From NCBI GenBank assembly GCA_965235115.1, contig OZ249436.1, positions 54,004,001 to 54,068,000 on the forward strand: a stretch of DNA of 64,000 nt, given 5' to 3'. The stretch comes from Laetmonice hystrix (Eukaryota). Below the pieces are notes generated by a model. That model saw nothing but the letters and a program-made list of their open reading frames with translations. It made no database searches and was not told the DNA's origin. The first letter of the stretch is position 1. The number at the start of each line of letters is the position of its first letter. The position numbers were made by a program, and so were the translations under genes. Shown in pieces: positions 1-11,700 of the stretch.

Positions 1-130
1 GGGTCTCGTTTACATTAACATATGTACACTGATGAATCAGTGGGTCTCGTTTACATTAACACATATGTGCACTGATGTATCAGTGGGTCTCGTTTATATT
101 AACACATATAATGCGAATCAGTGGGTCTTG
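1..130. repeat. Short tandem repeat, ~42-bp unit (ATCAGTGGGTCTCGTTTACATTAACACATATGT...), 3-4 copies, intronic
   Basis: GGGTCTCGTTTA recurs at 1, ~42 and ~85, with a degenerate copy near 123. Confidence 0.8.
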
Positions 131-311
131 TTTTTGACATTCCCACCAGAGAGCGGCTTGGCATTTTGGCCCTTTAAGACTCTACATGAAATATTCAAAC
201 CAAGGGGAGAAAATAGAGTAAAAGTATGGTAACGTTTCATACTAATTGTAGTTGAAAGCAATGTGAAATCTGCCTAGATCTAAGGTCTAAGGGAACTTCT
301 TACCATTCCAG

Positions 312-3300
312 AGTGCAAGAAAATCCCTGGAGTCAGACCATGGAGATCCCTTCATGCTCCTGAATGCCTTTGATGAGTGGGTTCAGGTAAGATATCAAAA
401 CTATTCATAATTGAAAAATATGCTCTTAAGTTAAAGAAAATTCTAAGATATCTTAAAAAGAATGTTGATTAAAAATTGCATTTGATCCAATTGAAAGGTG
501 AAGGCAGAGGGCCGTGGAAACACCCGTAAATGGTGTCGTCGGCGTGGTTTGGAGGAGCAACGATTCTATGAAATGACGCGTTTAAAAACCCAGTTCCATC
601 AAATATTGAAGGTATGTATACATTGAAATATTGCATATCGTAAGTCTATAAATATGGAATTTAACCCTAGTGTACACGTTTTTTGTTAAATTTAATCATA
701 TACATGTATGTGGCATATGGTGTTTTAGGACAATGGTCTCTTGGAAATGCCTGTTGAGGAACCCAAAGCTTCAACAAGTTATGAAAGGAAAATACAGCAT
801 GCTGAGAAGCGGAAGTTAAGAGATATGAAGAGAGACCATCAGCGTAACAGGAACAGGCGCAAAATTCTTAAATTGGACCAAGATGTTAGCATGTTTTATT
901 CTCCTACCCCTCAGACAGGGTTCCCAAGGTCATGAGAAGTTATAGAAAAGGAAATTTGGTTTTCCAAGTTTAGAAAATGGAAAATAGGAAAACAAGGGAA
1001 AGTCATGAAAAAGTCATGGAATTTGAGATTACTCTTGAACCATATTTTTGTTTCTGCCAGGTCAAAATTGTAAAGTTCCATGACATACTAGGGGACACTT
1101 CTGGGATTTTAGTTTATTTTGTTAATTTTATCCAGAATTTTATGAAATTTGAGAGTTGGTCTGGAAAAGTCATGAAATTTCAATATAGCCAACCTGTGGG
1201 AACCCTGTCAGATGTACCAGTGGTCTAGTTTGATATGTACATGTACATCCTCCAGTTTAACCTTTCAGACATAATCAGTTAAGTTCAACAGTCCAGGGAG
1301 GCGTTTCATAACCTGTCATAAGCTTGCTATGTCATTGAATCCCTTGTATGATCTAAAATTGAGATTTTATTGCATGACACTAACCTATCATACCACATTT
1401 CATAATTATATGTGTTTGCTTGTTACTGGTTTGTAGTAGTAAAAGTGATAGAGAACTGAAGGTGATTGTATTCTGTAGGACTTTACCATCAGTGGTGACG
1501 AGGAAGGAGAGGACGACCTTGATGTAAACATCCGTGACCTTGAGTTTCGGTTGATGAATGACCTTGACAGCATGCAGGACAAAAGCAGCCAAAGCCGAAA
1601 CTTTACAATCCGTCAGATCACCATGTTGAAGGTCATCCTCTGTTCAGGCCTATATCCCCATGTTGCACTCGCAGACGAAACCAACGCCTCACAGTCTGAG
1701 CCGGTCTTCCACACCAGAGTATGTACCGGTACACAATTGAATCATCTGACCTTAGAGGGACGTCACTATATTAGTTCACAGGATTGAGGGTTAAGCACTC
1801 TAGCATAGCAGTACATTTCAGAGAATGATGGCTATTTTTAGGGAATGACTGCTTCCACTGTGGGAACATGATACATTCTACTAATATTCCATCATTCTTA
1901 CAAGAAAAGATGCATCAGGCCACACCAAACAGATAGGTGCGAGGAGGGTTGTGAACTAGGTCTATACTCCACCATATGTATTATATTATACCTAATACAC
2001 TGTGTACATTGAACATCAGAAAGAGGATCAGATGGGATAAGGGGTGAGGCTCCTACTTGGATACTTTCCTAAATTTACCTCAGAGATCAATGTGATACCA
2101 GTAACCTTAACATCGTTTGTGTTTGAATGCAGTGTTGTGATTTATTTTATCCATGTAACAGAACAAGCCATTCGTGCTGCTTCACCCAACAAGCATCTTC
2201 TCTGTCAAACGGGATTTGTTGGAACTGTCAGATTTTGATATCAAGGAACCACCACCAACTGCAAAGCTTGCCAATCGTCGCTATCCACTGAGCAATAAAC
2301 ATCAGCTATTGGCATATGTGTGAGTGCTCCGGCCTGCTTGTACAAATCAATACTTGTATATGATAAGTTGAGCTATTGATTATACTGCAGTTTAGGTTAT
2401 TTCTGCAATGGTTAAACTTATATTTTCATAGAAGGTGAAATTGTGCAAATTGAGGACCTGGTGAAAATGGTTAATGATAATCCAAAGAGCTAAGTGTCAA
2501 GATGAAGTAGAAAATCAAATATATTTACAAGTTTACAAATGATATTAATGGTAAAATGGAAATGCACGAAATTTGAAACACATGAAAAATTACAACCCCA
2601 CAAACAGTTACCCGGCCTAAGAAACAGAATACACTCTGAAACAGTAAGTGATCTTTCAATGTGGAGCTACTTGCAGGGCTTGACTCCCCCCTTACCCCCC
2701 ACTCAGAAATATAAAGATTGTCATTGACGTTATGCTGGCAGGTCTTTACTGGAGACGACCAAGCCATACCTGATGGGGGCCATGCGGGTGCCGGCCCTGC
2801 AGACGTTGGCACTGTACGCAACCAACATTGACACCAATGCTGACTGCAGCAGGTATATAACAACCAGCTAATCATTTTGAAGCTCATATATTTCTTGGTC
2901 CATTCAATATGTCAGGAGAAACTTTCTACTGTTTAAATTCGTGTTCATATGTTTAGCCCTTCCAGCTTCTCTGAACTCTTTCTGCATTTAAAACGATCAT
3001 CAGATGAACTGTGCTTTCCTCTCGTTTTGTTACAAAAGCACAAATTTGAGAGAATATGGCATGTTTGGTATTTGAAGGATGCAAAAGGTCAGTTAGATGA
3101 GGAGAGACGGAAAGAGGGAGGCACACAGATGATAGAAGAAGAGGGACTTGTTAGAGAATGCAGATATTATTATCAGAGTGATGCTCAGAATGATTCCTGA
3201 TTGAGTTGACCATGTGTTGTCAGATATGTAAATATACATGATCAGTGCAGTACGTGTCTTATCAGGGATTTGTCCATGTTTTCTTTGAGACTGCTATTTG

Positions 3301-6300
3301 ATGGGTGGCTGGAGGTGAGATTCCCGAGACCTGAAGAAAACGAAAGCACAAACCCCGGTGAGGCCGTGCTGAGTGCAGTCGTACAACTCCGCACCACCTG
3401 GCACACGCTCGTTCAGGCAAAGCTGGACGGTATGTATCTCTTCTCTTCGGAATGGATATCATATTGATCATATACACACACGTAATTATGCCCCTTTGTA
3501 TATATATAATTATAGACCTGGCTGTACGACCAGTAGGTCATTTTCATTCAAAATCCATAGATAGAGGGTTGGGGTGGGCGGTAAGGGAAAGGCTGGGTTG
3601 GTTGGTTGGACTTTACAAGCTGGTTTGCTTGTCGAACTACAGTATGTGTTAAACATCAGGTAGTTCTTATATATACCTGATAGGTGGCACAGTTGTTCCC
3701 GTGGAGGGGGGGGGGTGTGCCCTCCTAAAGTCCGGGTTATACTTCGGTCAGAACCGCCAGGTGGCGTACCGATGAGAAGGCATTCCACGTTAACGACCAG
3801 CACTAGTGTTCTACCTTTCGACCGGTGAAGACGTACTTAGAGAGCGATGGCTAGGTTTCAGTAACCCCTATGAGCTATGTGGTTCTCTGTCAACCTCTGT
3901 GTTGGCGAGAATACAGTTCACATGTTGAACTGTCGGTGTGTGCAAATTTGGACTTTGTTCAACTGACCACCGTTGTTTGGGAGAAAATCTTTGTCGCTCG
4001 GCCTATGTGCTGACGAGAAGACAGTTCCAAATTTGGACTGTTGGTGTACGAAACTTGGGCTGTGCTCAACTCGCCACCGTTCCGATCTCAGACCGGGTCA
4101 AACTAGTGTGTGACCCCTGACCTGTGGTCAGCTCACCACAACGCGGGGAGAGGTGTACCACCTGTACGGTTTCTCAGTCAGAGACACGGCAGCGGTCAGT
4201 CAACAACTGAACTACACGGTTTCACAAGACACGTTTCTTACTCGGCAAATAATGTCTGGTAAAGAAAAGAAGCATACCAGGACCTCTACGTCGAGTAGAG
4301 GGGATAAGTCAGAGGGCGATAGGACGACTGACGAAAATGAAAAGTCCAGGGTAGGCCCAAAAGTAACTCAGCCTGCTGTGCCGGAACCAACACCAGCCGC
4401 CCCTGCTAGTACACCTCAGCCAGACATGTCAAAACTCTGCGAAGTCATTTCAGCTAATTTTGAAAAAATGACCCACGAACAAACACTACAGGACATTCCG
4501 CTAGTGGTACAACTCTTCTTTTGAAGAAGATTGAACACTTAGGTTTAAGTAAAGATGCGAACGAACTTTTTCTAGAATCGTGGAGACCACATACTCAAAG
4601 ACAATATGCGGTATATATAAATAAGTGGCTCACACTTTGTACCTGGAAAGGATGGGACAAGACAAACCCAGAATTCAGCCAGGCTGTTGCGTTTCTCACG
4701 TCACTGTTTAATGCAGGGATGTCGTATAGCACGGTGAATTCGGCCCGTAGCGCACTATCGGGAATATTGAGAACGTTTGACGGGAAACCATTCGGGCAGC
4801 ATCCGGTGGTTTGTAGGATACTTAAAGGCATGTATAACAGGAGACCCCAGAGGAGTCGATACAGTTCTACTTGGGATGTAGATATGGTGTTGTTATATTT
4901 AAGGGAATTGTCTCCACTTAAGAGGCTAACACTCAGGGAAGTCACCTGTAAACTCGTGTTACTTATGTTATTGTGCACTTGTCAGAGAGTTCAAACTCTG
5001 GGAACTTTAATGCTGACGGACATGTTATGGTCGGGCGATAAAAACACAGTAGTTTTTCGGTTATCAAAGGTGTTAAAGCATTCCAGGAGGGGATCTTTAG
5101 GAGTCCTGACCTTGAGTAGTTTTTGTGAGGACCCCAGGTTGTGTGTAGTTAAGACTTTGGTAGCATATCTGGACAAAACAGCAGAGGTGAGACCGAAAGA
5201 TGAGTCAGCCTTATTCATTTCTACTACGCCTCCCTTTAGGAGGGCGTCTACCTCAACAATAACAAGGTGGACCAGAGAGACGCTGGCCAGGGCCGGAGTG
5301 GATACCGCTATATTTAAGGCCCATAGTGTGAGAGGGGCTACCACCTCAAAGTTGTGCGGATTACAGGTCCCCGTAGCGGAAATAATGAAAAAGGCCTCCT
5401 GGAGCAATGAATGCACCTTCAGGAGGTTCTATAAGAAAGATATCTTGCCGAGTGATATAAGCCATCGCACTCTTGCGCAGTTTGTCAGTGAAAACAAATA
5501 AAGTCTATCATTTAAAAGACTTTCTACAGATTTGTTGATGTAAAGTCAATCCAGCAACGGAGCTTTAAAATCTCATCGGTACGCCACCTGGCGGTTCTGA
5601 CCGAAGTATAATTTAAGATTAAATAAACTTACCTGTGTAATTTAATCTGGATTAGACGAGGGAAGAAACGACAGTGTGGCGTACAGATGCCCACCTCGCC
5701 CGCCCCTCATCTTACTTTTTTACCTGGGACTAAAGATCCGGGTTTTTTTTTCGGGGGAGAAGTTTTGGGGTCAGTTCCCGAGCCCAGTCTTAACGTTTCT
5801 TCCCTTCGACCGTTGCTGGGGACTTTAAAGTGTGCTGGTCGTTAACGTGGAATGCCTTCTCATCTGTACGCCACACTGTCGTTTCTTCCCTCGTCTAATC
5901 CAGATTAAATTACACAGGTAAGTTTATTTAATCTTAAATCAACATGGCAAAGGTCAGTTTCAACAGATTGCGTTGCTTTACAAATCTCAATACAGCACAT
6001 AAAATGGAAGATGATGCAGAGCTACGACAGAAGATCCATAAACTTGAACGAACCCTGGTATTAAAACTGACAGAGTTCCTCCACTCCGATGTCGTCTATT
6101 CTGTGCGCAAAATTATGTCGGCAGAGCTTGCCCATATCTACCAGGGACCAACTGAAGGTTTGTTTTCATTGTTCTTGTCCGTCAGGCTTGCATGCTGGGG
6201 TGGACCTCCGCTAGTCATTGTCTTCAGTTTCAAATCAAGCCTACCCACCATACGAAATGAAAATTTACATTAACCTCGTGTCCATATTTAGGACATAATA

Positions 6301-7752
6301 TTTAGGAACTAAATTAGAGGGCCAGAAACTTGTATCGACATTGGCCTACTATGTGGTTTCAATAATGAAGTATCATTTTGATTATGTTATATCTATTTAA
6401 TACTGGTATTGCCTGACTAAAACCAAAAAATATAAACTGCAAAATCGGTCTTTTACTTCATTTAGAATCTGTGAATAAAATAATTGCTTAGTTGGTGACC
6501 TCCGTTATTCCATACATTATGAAAGTCCTAGATGGCGCTACCAGCACTGTCCTTGCTGAACTCCATCGAGATGCACAACCTCACTCTACAAAAGGTGGCC
6601 TCAAAGTGAATGATTATCTTACATATAACTGGTGAGTTAGGTAGTTTACATCTCTGTGAAATGTCAAGTCATGCAGCCTACATTCCTAACAATGGGCTTT
6701 AGATACTAATTACCAAGCTTTATCACATTTGAAATTAGTGGTCAATCAATATTACAAAGGAAAATGACAAAATCTTTATTGGAACCTAATGGATAGATCT
6801 ACGTATAAACAAAATGGCAACAAGAATAGTAAATATTTGTTGGAATTTAAGAGGATAAGATGGCCTCCACCTCTATGACTGCAGTTTGGTAAACCCATTT
6901 ATTGAAATCTCTTGCCCATCAACCTTATGTGATAGGAAGGTCATGCTATCATCCACTGTGCCATTTATAGACGTCAGGCACACGAGAGAGCAATCTTAGT
7001 TATGAAATATGACACCAGGTGGCTGAAAGGATGGTCGATATTTCAAATGAAGTGCCGTTTTATGCCTTTGTGTGGTGCTCAGTCTGCAGGACGAGACAGA
7101 GGACTACGCTTCATACATGCAGACCCACTGGACGTGTCCGACGTGCGACCAACGTCTAATTGTAACGGTTGTTGACCGTCTGCGTCATGAAGCCGAGTGC
7201 GCCGTCCGCGCCGCACAGGGTACGTTTACGTCATGGTCGTGTTGCCATGGATACGAAGAGATAACAGATAACGCTCTGGTCCCGTTAAAGATTGATGAAA
7301 CGATGGTTTATATAAGGGGGTGTCTTTACCAAGACTAGGGGCGTAGCATTTTGTTGATAGACAAACTCGTCATGTAAAGTAGGTCTATGTATACAAGATA
7401 AATTGAAGAGCTGGGCCTACTTGTAATTCATAGAGAACATCTTGAATTGGTTTTCTCAAATGCAAGATTCATATCGTGATATGCCGAATTTTTCGTACAC
7501 AACGGGTAAAGGGAGCTATGTTAAAAACAATGTTGATTTATCATCATGTTCCATGTCTAGACCTAAATGGTATTTGTCGTTTCCTACTGCACAGATTGTC
7601 GGGACCAAGGCGTGTCAGCTCCCGAAACCTCAACTACAAATGATAGCAAAGATCCTCTTCGGCAATCTTACAGTTGTAACGAATGTAACAAAGAACTCTT
7701 CCTCACACCCACAGAAATACTGCGGCACAAAAAGCAGTGTCATAAAACATGA
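312..7752 (+). CDS. DHX34: DEAH-box RNA helicase DHX34 (NMD factor), 3' part; the 5' exons lie upstream of the window
   Basis: Phase-consistent GT-AG exons: 312-386, 498-611, 729-884, 1479-1718, 2162-2319, 2742-2852, 3290 (or 3266)-3429, 5996-6157, 6532-6631, 7083-7219, 7595-7752 (TGA). Peptides SDHGDPFMLLNAFDEWVQ, KWCRRRGLEEQRFYEM, LCSGLYPHVA, VLLHPTSIF, SLLETTKPYL, PHSTKGGLKVNDYLTYNCL and the C-terminal YSCNECNKELFLTPTEILRHKKQC match recalled DHX34 motifs. Confidence 0.93.
916..1207. mobile_element. MITE with CAGGGTTCCCA terminal inverted repeats and 5-bp TSD (hAT-like)
   Basis: CAGGGTTCCCA at 916 and TGGGAACCCTG ending at 1207; TCAGA flanks both sides (911-915, 1208-1212); internal AAAGTCATG motifs repeat. 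Confidence 0.8.
4252..4524 (+). pseudogene. Truncated gag-like ORF of the DIRS element (90 aa), probably joined across an internal deletion
   Basis: ATG at 4252; basic/Pro-rich disordered sequence followed by a short helical stretch; its stop overlaps the start of the recombinase ORF. It occupies the position of DIRS ORF1. No RT or RNase H motifs. Confidence 0.55.
4521..5501 (+). CDS. Tyrosine recombinase (phage-integrase family), DIRS type, 326 aa, uninterrupted
   Basis: Intronless ORF with N-terminal SWRPHTQRQY..W and YSTVNSARSALS, and catalytic residues R (CTCQRVQTL), K (LKHSR), HxxR (AHSVRG), W (ASWSN) and Y (FRRFYKK). The frame is open from 4464 with no early ATG, as is common for DIRS recombinase ORFs. 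Confidence 0.93.
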   Translation: MKKIEHLGLSKDANELFLESWRPHTQRQYAVYINKWLTLCTWKGWDKTNPEFSQAVAFLTSLFNAGMSYSTVNSARSALSGILRTFDGKPFGQHPVVCRILKGMYNRRPQRSRYSSTWDVDMVLLYLRELSPLKRLTLREVTCKLVLLMLLCTCQRVQTLGTLMLTDMLWSGDKNTVVFRLSKVLKHSRRGSLGVLTLSSFCEDPRLCVVKTLVAYLDKTAEVRPKDESALFISTTPPFRRASTSTITRWTRETLARAGVDTAIFKAHSVRGATTSKLCGLQVPVAEIMKKASWSNECTFRRFYKKDILPSDISHRTLAQFVSENK

Positions 7753-8779
7753 TACGCTGAAAACATCTGTATAAGGTGTAAAAAGTCATGGTCATTTGTC
7801 ACAATGCAAGTACCTGTTGTAAACACTTATTAATTAAACTCTTTATTTGAAAATCGCATGAAGTCTTAATTGATATGTGATCTTGCTGTTCACAATGAAT
7901 ATAATTATATTTGGTAATTTGGAAACCATCAGTTAAGCGTACTAAATATCCATGCAGAATAAACATGCATATAGGCCTACGTAAAAAAGGTTGATAATTA
8001 CAATATTAGCATTGGTCTCGTCCTCGCCATCTGACGTTTGTGTATTTGCATTCGACTCTACGGTTGTCCCAAGTGTTGACCTTACAACAGTCATAATTTT
8101 TGGAGGTCTAATTAATGGTGTCGTAGGCTTATTGGTCATATTTGACGAAAGTATGCAAAACCAGCATCTTGAAGGTGTCTGAGGAGGTCCAATGTGAAAT
8201 ACAATGTAGCAGGGATCATTCTAGCCTTTTTGCTCATGACGGACAAATAAATGTCTGGTTTGAGGCAGAGGGCCATGTACTGCAAGCTTCCAATAAATGT
8301 TTCCTCGGTTATACCATTTCTCAGCCACAAAATGTCGATAAAAAGGGTGGTTGGCGTCCTGTGAACGTGTTAGATTGGCGGACATCTAACGCCACCATCG
8401 ACCGTCCGCGCCTTGTCATCGCTGCAGCTGCACAACCTTGTTCTTTTGTCTGCGAAGCTTTTTTTCCGCGGTGCGTTGCGAGGAAGTGCAGCATTGGAAT
8501 GTTTGTCTGTCAAGAAGTTCCCGTAATCTTATGGAATTTCTCGGCCACCAAAGAATCCGTTCAACGGGTGCGAACGGAAGGGCATGGTACGTACCCCGTC
8601 CCACCTAACTGTAAGTGAAACTTCAAATACTAGCGTTTTTCCCCGCCATGCTGGGTGGTATAAAGGTATGACTAGAAGTAAATAGATAACCTTTTATACA
8701 GGGTGGTTCATAAAGCTTAATAAATGAGCCATCTGTTTTTAGGGGGAGGGTTTTGGGGTTTTTTTCACGTAGAAGCTTC

Positions 8780-11700
8780 TTAGATGTAGGTTGGTCGAAT
8801 CTTTAGCTCCACGTGCTTGAGAGAATAGAACTCGGACTCCTTGAGAGTGTACCACACGATTCCGTCAGCGAATGTTTGGGATCCCTACAAAGGAAAACAC
8901 CAATATGTAATCAAATCGACAACATTTATGAAAAACGGAGCAAGAAATTGTCATTTTCCTTATCAGAATGTGAAGGGCTATATTTGACTCGTATGTTTGA
9001 CGTTGGTCGGCGGACACGTGACGAGCCTGCCTACCTGCGAGTACCAGCCGGTGTGGTAGACCCCGTTGAGGTTGCTCGAGTAACAGCTGTTGAACCACCA
9101 GCCTCCCTTGTTCTCCACTGCACAGTTGCGCCTGTGCAGGTCATTGTCGTTGTCCTCCGTGCTGAACGACATCTCGTCATGTAAGCTCAGTGAGTCACCT
9201 TTACGAAGGAAAACGGTAACCGTGGGATGCATGCAAAACGAGCAAAAGGACAAGAATAAATTTGATCAAGCATTGTAATAAACCTAAGTGGACACTGGAT
9301 ACTGTAGGCTTTGAATCCGTTTCTACGTGTACCAAAAATACCAGGGAGCTATTCTTCCACTCCCCAGACTTCTTTATCAAACCAGTTTACAAATTTAGCG
9401 GTTACACTTTATTCGCAGGTTTCTGTACGTCGCAGAGGCTACATACCAGCGTTGCCACGGTAACCTCGGACGTGTAGCATGTATTTGTCGTGTTCCGAAT
9501 CGACCCGAAAGTAGTCGTACTCTGCATAACTCCGATGTCCCTCCCAGTCCCACATGTCCACGCGCAGACGAGACTGCCTCTGTGACGTCAACCAGTGTAT
9601 CATCTGCAAGAGAAACTCGCCATTTTCGTCACTTTTGCCAGCGCTTTATTTAACACAAGTAGACTTGGCACTGGTTTATAGGCTTAACACTACAGAATGT
9701 CCGCAAAAAAATGATAGTCTGTGTTCCATTGTCAAAAAGAGATACTTTGTACTGGTTGTGATCAGTTTGCGTGACCAAACTTGCTGAGAGTTATCTAGGG
9801 GGGTCAAACTTTATGTTTAACTTCAAATTCAAAATTCGACAATCCTCTAAATATCTAAGTGTATTGCACACCTAAAGTTCGGCTATCATTTTGGGGGGAC
9901 ATACTAACTATGTCCGTATAAGGTTAAAAGTCCCGTTATAGCAGCTTTCCATTGAAGGTAGTTCCACGTGAAATAAGCACTTCTACATAGTGGGAAACTG
10001 AGCCCACTTGCAGGAGGCCGCTTGGGACATAGCTCTCTCCCACTTGGGTTTTGTGTCCTGCATTTAGTTGTGTTTGGCAACAGTCCATAAACCCATGCAT
10101 TTTCACTGAAAACGCAGAAAACCCCCCAAGTAAACGCAAGGTTTGGGGTTAGTTGCGTTTTTGCACGCAAGACAACGTAGCTAACAACGCAGACATTGCG
10201 TTTAGCTGCGTTTGTCTCTGTTTTGATTTGCGTTTAGCTTCGTTTTTCCTGCGTACACGCGTATGTGTGCGCAAAGGCAGATCAACCCCATGCACTGCGT
10301 TTGCCTGCGCTTTGACGACACAATTTGCACGCAAGGTCTGCGTTTACTTGGATTTACCTGCGTTATGATGGGTTTACCTGCGCTTCTCATCTGCGTTTTT
10401 TTGGGTTTTTGAAAACGCAAGTAAACGCAGGACAAGAAAACGCAAGTGGGAGAGGGGTTATTAACCCTCACATCTCCATTTGGCATTCAGTGGCGGCTAT
10501 ACTTACTTGATTGCCAACCCAGAACTCGCCGTACAAGTTTCCAAATCCGTATTTATATTCAAGCCAGCGCCTGTTGAAGCTGAGCGTTCCGTCACGACGT
10601 CTCTGGATGAGCGTCCAGCCCGTACCGTTGATCATTTCGCAGTAGACGTTGTCTAGCTGACTGCCTGATTCCGGTTTGATCTGGTACACGCCAGCCGTTC
10701 GGAATCCTCGCAGGTAAATATCATGGCAGTCTGCAAGACGGTAATGCTCAAATATCATTTGATGTTCCTGTATAGGCCTACATAATTCAAAAATATGTAG
10801 CTGCTTTAGATAATATTTTGAACATGAACCCTGAATTGCAAAGATGATGGTAAACGATTTCAAGATGTCCTGAGATCGCTCCTAAAGAATGACTGATAGG
10901 TCGGATGCTTTTATGTTTTTGACTGAAAAGTGTAGATGTCAAATTTTAAAGACATTTTCAAGTGTCCAGCCTCACACTAGATGTCTGCAGTCAGTTGTCG
11001 AACTCGGATTAGCACCTGAGCATACCGCCCCCCGTTTCGGGCCCTGCGGCGTCTTAATTCCTATTGCAAAGCAATCCCACTGAAGCACCAATCGTAGCTT
11101 TTTGACATATCACTATTATTTTCAGACAGTTAAAACGGCATTGGCAACAATGTTCGTGTTTCAGCAAGCATGAACTTTCAGGCAATGGGACATGATTCGA
11201 CTGTGCACATTACGCATGCAGCAGGGATTCGGTCATAGCTCGCTTTAACATGGGAATTGTAGAAATCCATGCCGTGGCATGGAGCAGTGCAGCTGCTTCA
11301 AAGTGATCCCCAGCTGCGCATTCGAATGAGCCTGTTGGGAAGCTTCTTGTGCTGGGAAGTATTAGTCACCCCTAGTTTAGCGGGGAGCAGATGAAATCGT
11401 GACTATGACCTGGAAAGGCCGAACCCCTTGCCACGGTGGCGATATGGATCCTTTGATCATCATATTGTCGGGGCTGCTTCAGACCTGGTGCTGACAGATA
11501 ACTATGATCGGTGTGTTGCGTCAGCATTGGAACCCCTAGGGGAAAATACCGTCTTATCATGCCTCAAACAAGACATGCGGCTGGGTGGGGGGGGGGGGGG
11601 GGGGTGCCGATACCGTGTCCGAGTTCGCGTACGACCTTTTTACTATGCGTGGCAATGATTACCAAGTTATGATCACAGCGCCCATCTCGTCAAAGTTAAA

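Larger units (their letters stand above)
3737..5939 (+). mobile_element. Non-autonomous DIRS1-type tyrosine-recombinase retrotransposon (left ITR, ICR, right ITR) in a DHX34 intron
   Basis: Left ITR 3737-3803 and right ITR 5832-5939; 3761-3803 is the inverse of 5832-5874 with 1 mismatch. Internal complementary region 5571-5689: 5571-5611 is the exact reverse complement of 3737-3777 and 5611-5689 is the exact reverse complement of 5861-5939. This is the defining DIRS1 layout. No TSD seen. Confidence 0.92.

Noticed and set aside
4595..5416. Minus-strand ORFs of 127 and 141 aa
   Set aside because: Antisense shadows of the recombinase ORF with no motifs.
4521..5501. Phage integrase, bacterial contamination or Crypton
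   Set aside because: It lies inside a spliced DHX34 intron and is framed by DIRS1-type ITR and ICR sequences.
8142..8618. 158-aa plus-strand ORF
   Set aside because: TTG start, no domain or splice support, and it lies opposite the probable FReD 3' UTR.
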